Of a stretch of DNA of 64,000 nucleotides, positions 59,121 to 64,000 are shown piece by piece. The first letter of the stretch is position 1, and each line of letters begins with the position of its first letter. Made by a program: the position numbers and the translations under genes. This DNA is from Candidatus Adlerbacteria bacterium. Its GTDB lineage: Bacteria; Patescibacteriota; Minisyncoccia; Phycocordibacterales; SBAW01. The DNA is taken from positions 3,548-67,547 of the forward strand of contig JBAXLB010000003.1 of assembly GCA_037135035.1 (NCBI GenBank). Reading direction: 5' to 3'. A model generated the notes under the pieces. The model was not told the origin of the DNA. It searched no databases and was given only the letters and a program-made list of their open reading frames with translations.

Positions 59121-59564
59121 GTGAACTTACTGGAACACAAAAAGGCGCGGATGAACTACGACCTGCTTGAAGAATTTGAGGCAGGGTTAGAATTGCTGGG
59201 CCACGAAGTTAAAAGTATCCGCGCAAAACACGGCAAGCTTGAAGGTGCCCATATAGTAGTGCGGGCGGGCGAAGCGTACATTGTCGGCATGAGTGTGCCG
59301 CCCTTCCAGGTAGCAAACACCCCTGCAGACTACGACCCCGAACGCAGCCGCAAACTGCTGTTAACCAAAAAAGAGCTAGGAATATTGGCCGAATTTGAGA
59401 GCCAGAAAGGCTTGACATTGGTGCCACTTTCGGTGTATAATAAAGGGTCTAAGTTGAAGGTAAAAATTGCGGTCGCACGCGGCCGTAAGAAGTACGACAA
59501 ACGCGCCGTCTTAAAAGAAAGAGACACCGCCCGCGACATCCGAAGAACTTTGAAAAACGCCTAG
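59121..59564 (+). CDS. smpB: SsrA-binding protein
   Basis: KKA...Y, EAG..L.G.EVKS.R, R.RKLLL, GRKKYDKR; GTG start at 59121. Confidence 0.96.
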   Translation: MNLLEHKKARMNYDLLEEFEAGLELLGHEVKSIRAKHGKLEGAHIVVRAGEAYIVGMSVPPFQVANTPADYDPERSRKLLLTKKELGILAEFESQKGLTLVPLSVYNKGSKLKVKIAVARGRKKYDKRAVLKERDTARDIRRTLKNA

Positions 59565-59603
59565 GCTACCCCGAAGAGCGCGTGGAGAAATCGTGCGCTG
59601 CTC

Positions 59604-59980
59604 GGGAGTGAAAGGCCTAGACAATACACATACGTATCTGCATGCAAAGGAGAAGTCCAGACCTTCTTAAAAATCTGGAAAACCTAACTGCAAAAACAGT
59701 TGCTTCGCCGTATTTTTCGGCGAACGATTTCGCCTTCGCTTACGCCAAGGCCTAATCGCATTCACTCTTCCCTACTCTGCGGGTTGAGACCGGGTGTTAT
59801 ATAGCAGAGTTATTACTTCAGGAACCATTCTGGCCTGAAGATGAAACTAAAGAGTTGCAGGGTGTCATGATTTCGTCCGCTTCGCCCATGCCACGCTAAA
59901 GAAACAAAAAGCGAACTAGCTTTTGTAGAATTGCTTATACGACTGTATTGCACGAGGGTTCGAATCCCTCCACTTCCACC
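59604..59980 (+). ncRNA. ssrA: tmRNA
   Basis: GGGAGTG/CACTTCC acceptor stem with G3:U; TTCGAA T-loop; tag ORF 59690-59755 AKTVASPYFSANDFAFAYAKA*; follows smpB. Confidence 0.92.
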
Positions 59981-60019
59981 TGTAAAAACATTAGCGCCCG
60001 CATTGGGCGTTTTTTGTTT

Positions 60020-60379
60020 TTATTTCTCTTCTTCTTTTATCTCAACCACATGCACATGGTAGTGCTGCGGAATGGATTTCGTTGAGTGTGTTGCCTCCAT
60101 AATGTACCGATAGTGGGAGTTAATGTACGACTTTTTTATTTCCTCAAACTCCGTCTTTTCTTCTTCGTTAAGTTCGGCAGTATGGCGGATAGGTATTAAC
60201 ATGTCGCACGGTTCAAACACTTTGTCGTATGGGAAACGGTTAGGCACAAGCTTCCAGTGCGTAAAAGTCATCGTGACATCCTCTTCACACAGTCTGCACA
60301 CCTCCTGCATCACACCGCTGTCTTTCATTGCTTGGTATGCAGCTTCAGTTTCTGGCTTGCGCAGTGTTCGTACTTTCAT
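60020..60379 (-). CDS. HIT-like protein
   Basis: CxxC, N.FPY, P.RH, SIP.HYHVH. Confidence 0.8.
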   Translation of the reverse strand: MKVRTLRKPETEAAYQAMKDSGVMQEVCRLCEEDVTMTFTHWKLVPNRFPYDKVFEPCDMLIPIRHTAELNEEEKTEFEEIKKSYINSHYRYIMEATHSTKSIPQHYHVHVVEIKEEEK

Positions 60380-60521
60380 GGCAATTACAATACCACGTAT
60401 ATAAAAAATTGTATGAGTTTTTGATGAAGTTTTTTTGTGCGCGCTGGTAATGAAGCTATCACGTCCACGTCATCTTACGTGTGCGTAGAAAATATTATCA
60501 ATTAGTATTAATGAAAAAATT

Positions 60522-61184
60522 ATGAAGAATAGCAAATTTATTTCTGCAGCCGTTCTTGGCGCATCTCTCCTTGCGTTCGCGGCCCCTGCACTCGCCGCAA
60601 CCATTTCCACACAGATGGACATTGGCACAACCGGTTCGGACGTGACAACGCTCCAGCAAACATTTGCAGGTGATGCGTCGCTCTACCCAGAAGGTCTTGT
60701 AACAGGGTACTTCGGCTCACTTAGTTCAGCTGCAGTAAAACGTTTCCAGGCAAACAACGGCATCGTCTCGAGCGGTTCGGCAGCAACAACCGGATATGGC
60801 CGCGTCGGTCCTGCAACAATAGCTAAATTCAACGCAGTGTACGGTTCAGGCACCGGCACAGGACTTGATGACATGGCCCCGGTTCTTTCCACGGTAACTG
60901 TGGCACCTACAACAGGGGGCACATCATTGTTGTGGAACAGCAATGAACCGGTAACAAGCACTGTGTATTACAGCACCTCTCCACTTACCTTGCATGAAGT
61001 AAACGCAGGGGCACCTGGCGTCACTGGTACAAACGTATTGAGCATGAGCACCGCATTAAACAGCTCTGGTTCGGTACAGCTTAGCGGCCTCTCAGCGCAC
61101 ACTACGTACAACTATGTAGTAGTAGCGACCGACGCTGCAGGCAACGTAAGCATCACCTGGCCCACTACCTTTACAACAAACTAA
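60522..61184 (+). CDS. Secreted peptidoglycan-binding + FN3-like protein
   Basis: G..G.DV..LQ, TGYFG.L...AV.RFQ, G.VGP.T; L.GL...TTY.Y. Confidence 0.85.
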   Translation: MKNSKFISAAVLGASLLAFAAPALAATISTQMDIGTTGSDVTTLQQTFAGDASLYPEGLVTGYFGSLSSAAVKRFQANNGIVSSGSAATTGYGRVGPATIAKFNAVYGSGTGTGLDDMAPVLSTVTVAPTTGGTSLLWNSNEPVTSTVYYSTSPLTLHEVNAGAPGVTGTNVLSMSTALNSSGSVQLSGLSAHTTYNYVVVATDAAGNVSITWPTTFTTN

Positions 61185-61225
61185 TAGTTAGTAGTAGAGG
61201 AATAGAAAAACAAAAACCGCCGAGA

Positions 61226-62074
61226 CTAGTCTCGGCGGTTTTTGTTTTGTGCGCGTACATCTATATGCAAGCCGTGTAAAATATTTGCCTGTACTTCAAG
61301 CGAGGCATGCATTCGGCCTGCAAAACTTTCTTCATCACTCTCTTCTTCATTGCCCTCAGAGTCAGTTGGGGTGGTGGTTGTTGCTACGGGGGGCATAGCT
61401 ACAAGAGATGCTTTTTTTGCTATTACTGCATTCATAGCCATCGTGTGCACTGTTGTTGGAGCTTCTTCCTCAACAGCCGGCGCAGCCTGGGGTGCTACAG
61501 CAATAACTGCTGTGGTTGTGGCCTGCAACACAGAGGCGCGGTTTTTCCCTTTTGTTTTTAGCGAATATGCGGCTACGTCAGAGTCTTTTGCAAGCGCAAG
61601 CGCCTCTGTCGCATGTCGTGTGTAATTGTCAGAAATCTCTTGCGCGACTTGTGGTGTTAATTCCCCCCGTTCCGCTAATGTTTGGGCTTCTTGCACACGC
61701 ACCGTAGCGATGTCAGCATTTACTTGTGCTTTTGCCGCAGGAGACTGTGCAAGCGCAACTTTAATAGGTTCTAGAACATTTGTTTTTACCGAGTAGAGCG
61801 TACCGCCAGGCAACGAGCCCTCTGCAGCATACGCACTACTTGTAGACACAATAAGCAACAGTGCGAGTGCGGAAAGTGCGAGAGAGCGCGGTAAAAATAT
61901 CCACGCATAGGGGCTTGGTATACGCACAGGCGCTGCAAAATCACCCGCAGGCTTAACAACAGGTGGCAAGACAGACATCGCCTCTTCTAGGCGCAGGCGC
62001 ATAGCACTTTTTTCTGCATCACTCAGGCGGATGCCAGCAGTTTCATTTTGTAAGTGGTTGTGTAATTTATTCAT
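61226..62074 (-). CDS. Putative anti-sigma factor (DUF5667-like)
   Basis: TM then A..SLPG..LY.VK...E; overlaps the ECF sigma stop. Confidence 0.7.
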   Translation of the reverse strand: MNKLHNHLQNETAGIRLSDAEKSAMRLRLEEAMSVLPPVVKPAGDFAAPVRIPSPYAWIFLPRSLALSALALLLIVSTSSAYAAEGSLPGGTLYSVKTNVLEPIKVALAQSPAAKAQVNADIATVRVQEAQTLAERGELTPQVAQEISDNYTRHATEALALAKDSDVAAYSLKTKGKNRASVLQATTTAVIAVAPQAAPAVEEEAPTTVHTMAMNAVIAKKASLVAMPPVATTTTPTDSEGNEEESDEESFAGRMHASLEVQANILHGLHIDVRAQNKNRRD

Positions 62075-62607
62075 GTGGGGTTTGCCTCGAGCAGTTCGCG
62101 CAACTTCTTTATCCCGCGGTGGATACGTACTGATATTGTATTTTCGCTCTCCTGCATCGATTCTGCAATCTCTTTTGGCGATAAGCCATCTATGTAGCGC
62201 ATCACGAGCACGGTGCGGTGCTGTTCACCAAGCTGTTTGAGCGCGCGGACTGCCGCAGCGCTTTCAAACCGGACCATAGCCTCTTCCATGATGTCGGTTT
62301 CGTCACGGAGCAGCTGACCTTCAACCGCTTGTTCGGTCGTCTCGTTTTCAAGCATAGCGTCTAAGGACTGGACTTTGCGCTTCCTATATTCGTCTATGAC
62401 GAGATTGTTCAAAATACGATATAGGAACGAACGATACTGCCGTATTTCTTCGCCGCCTTTTGACATATAGTTCCATGTCTTGAGAAAGGTTTCCTGGGTC
62501 AATTCGAGAGCGCGCTCACGGTCGGACAGGCGCATAACCGCATGCCGAAAGAGCTCGTCCGAATGCTTTTCGAATATCTCTGCAAATTGTTGTTTACTGT
62601 CTTCCAT
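62071..62607 (-). CDS. ECF RNA polymerase sigma factor
   Basis: A..LTQETFLK.W, FLYRI..N..IDEYRK; region 4 LS.KEIA.......I..R..RG. Confidence 0.95.
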   Translation of the reverse strand: MEDSKQQFAEIFEKHSDELFRHAVMRLSDRERALELTQETFLKTWNYMSKGGEEIRQYRSFLYRILNNLVIDEYRKRKVQSLDAMLENETTEQAVEGQLLRDETDIMEEAMVRFESAAAVRALKQLGEQHRTVLVMRYIDGLSPKEIAESMQESENTISVRIHRGIKKLRELLEANPT

Positions 62608-62612
62608 ATATA

Positions 62613-62640
62613 TAGACGCACCGGCGGCCGACCTCTTTCA
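62613..62640 (-). promoter_or_regulatory. Candidate ECF autoregulatory promoter
   Basis: TGAAAG-N16-CGTCTA ending 5 nt before the sigma ATG. Confidence 0.55.
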
Positions 62641-62726
62641 ATGTTTCATTGTAAACCCCATCGCTTTCTGAAGCGAATAGCCTTTTGCACTGCATTTTGC
62701 TATACTGTCCCTCAACAACTACTACT

Positions 62727-63242
62727 TTGGATACACGCATCAACCACCACATACGAGCAGCGGAAGTACGCGTTATAGGCCCCGAAGGCGAGAACTTTGG
62801 TGTATTAGCCCTTTCTGAAGCCATACGACGTGCCGAAGAGGTCGGTTTGGACCTTATAGAGATCTCAGCTGGGGCCGTCCCACCTGTTGCAAAAATCATG
62901 GAATATGGTAAATTCCAATACGAACAGGAGAAGAAACGCCGGGAAATGAAGGCGAAGTCGCACACCACAGAGACGAAGAGCGTCCAGGTGAAAATAGGGA
63001 CCGGCGAAAATGACCTGCAATTAAAGGCTAGAAGGGCCGCAGAGTGGCTAAAAGAAGGCCACCGGGTCAAAGTAGACCTCTTTTTGTGGGGCCGCTACAA
63101 GTATATGGAGTTCGCATTTTTGAAGGAACGGCTCGAGCGATTTTTAAAAATCATCCCCGAGGAGTACAAGATAAGCGACCCTATAACCAAAAGCCCTAAA
63201 GGCCTGACAACAGTAATCGAGAGAGCCGGCAAGAAAGCATAG
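62727..63242 (+). CDS. infC: Translation initiation factor IF-3 (non-ATG start, probably TTG at 62727)
   Basis: RIN..I.A.EVR.I, LDL.EI, PPV.KI.EYGKF.Y. Confidence 0.95.
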   Translation: MDTRINHHIRAAEVRVIGPEGENFGVLALSEAIRRAEEVGLDLIEISAGAVPPVAKIMEYGKFQYEQEKKRREMKAKSHTTETKSVQVKIGTGENDLQLKARRAAEWLKEGHRVKVDLFLWGRYKYMEFAFLKERLERFLKIIPEEYKISDPITKSPKGLTTVIERAGKKA

Positions 63243-63257
63243 ATTAGAGAAATTTCC

Positions 63258-63458
63258 ATGAAAACAAACAAAGCATTTACTAAGCGCATTAAAATTACCA
63301 AAAACGGTAAGCTTATTGCGCGCAAACCGGGCCAAAACCACTTTAATGCAAAGGAGGGCCGTTCGACCCAGATGGACGGCAACCGCTCACAGCAGTTGAC
63401 CGTAAGCCCAAAGGTATCGCAGATGTATGTCGGTACTGCGTCTAAGAATAAGAATTAA
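63258..63458 (+). CDS. rpmI: 50S ribosomal protein L35
   Basis: KT.K...KR.K.T..GK; H...K; between infC and rplT. Confidence 0.92.
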   Translation: MKTNKAFTKRIKITKNGKLIARKPGQNHFNAKEGRSTQMDGNRSQQLTVSPKVSQMYVGTASKNKN

Positions 63459-63468
63459 TTAAACCACT

Positions 63469-63819
63469 ATGTCACGCGTAAAAGGAGGAGTAAATTCATT
63501 GAAGCGCCGCAAGAATATGCTTGCGATGACCAAAGGCTACCGCTTTGGCCGCTCAACCAAAAAGAAACAGGCTCGCGAAGCCATTTTCCACGCAGGTAAG
63601 TATGCGTTTGCCCACCGCCGTGACAAAAAGAACGACTACCGCAAACTCTGGAACGTGCGCATCAACGCAGGGCTGGACCAGATTGACGAAAAGTTTTCAT
63701 ACAGCAAATTTATCGGCGCACTCAAGAAGGCGGAGATTGCGATAAACCGCAAAATGCTTTCATTGCTTGCAGAACAGTCTCCCGAAACGTTCGCAAAGAT
63801 AGTCGCCAAAGTAAAATAA
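63469..63819 (+). CDS. rplT: 50S ribosomal protein L20
   Basis: MSRVK.G, KGY, YA..HRR.KK...R.LW..RINA, YS.FI, NRK.L. Confidence 0.97.
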   Translation: MSRVKGGVNSLKRRKNMLAMTKGYRFGRSTKKKQAREAIFHAGKYAFAHRRDKKNDYRKLWNVRINAGLDQIDEKFSYSKFIGALKKAEIAINRKMLSLLAEQSPETFAKIVAKVK

Positions 63820-63833
63820 TAAAATCTCTACAT

Positions 63834-63862
63834 AAAAACCCCTCCAGTTTGGAGGGGTTTTT
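63834..63862. terminator. Terminator after rplT
   Basis: AAAAACCCCTCCA-GTT-TGGAGGGGTTTTT. Confidence 0.85.
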
Positions 63863-63879
63863 ATGTTCTAACGTTTTAC

Positions 63880-64000
63880 TTACTTTATTCTAATGCCACC
63901 GTTGATGATAAACCCTTCTGATGGCTTTTGTGGTGCAGGTGCCTGTAGAGCTTTTGGTACGTTATTTTGTTTTATCCAGTCAAAGCTCCAAAAAGCAGCC
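63880..64000 (-). CDS. C-terminal end of an unidentified gene (runs off the window edge)
   Basis: Open minus frame ...AFWSFDWIKQNNVPKALQAPAPQKPSEGFIINGGIRIK* converging on the terminator. Confidence 0.4.
   Translation of the reverse strand, partial: AAFWSFDWIKQNNVPKALQAPAPQKPSEGFIINGGIRIK

Overview
This window looks like chromosome from a Patescibacteria/CPR (Parcubacteria-like) bacterium. That is inferred from gene content: a type IV pilus cluster, DUF5652/DUF5667-like proteins, tRNA-adjacent small nucleases, tRNA-Ile(UAU), and -10 boxes 6-9 nt before start codons. Housekeeping genes include mutY (partial), msrB, cspA, lexA, a DEAD-box helicase, pyrG, ftsEX, prfB, gatCA, ligA, pilBCDMT, comF, an RND pump, malic enzyme, recG, ftsH, smpB, tmRNA, infC-rpmI-rplT and 8 tRNAs. 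The main finding is a ~2.8 kb cassette that separates ftsE from ftsX. It encodes a 417-aa TnpB/Cas12-like protein with a dead RuvC (D->A, E->Q, no Zn finger or RuvC-III), a Cas1 lacking its N-terminal domain, and no Cas2 or Cas4. These are followed by a structured leader and a CRISPR array of 39-nt repeats whose four spacers all end in YGG. Together this suggests a miniature, adaptive, non-cutting RNA-guided DNA-binding system. Other findings: a group I intron in tRNA-Thr(GGU) next to a free-standing LAGLIDADG-like gene; a GIY-YIG gene flanked by hairpin-interrupted copies of the tRNA-Gln 5' end, with the same hairpin family inserted in-frame in recG and two pilin leader peptides; a family of structured elements downstream of tRNAs; and a LexA with a lexA3-like cleavage site. 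All calls come from reading motifs by eye; no database searches were run.
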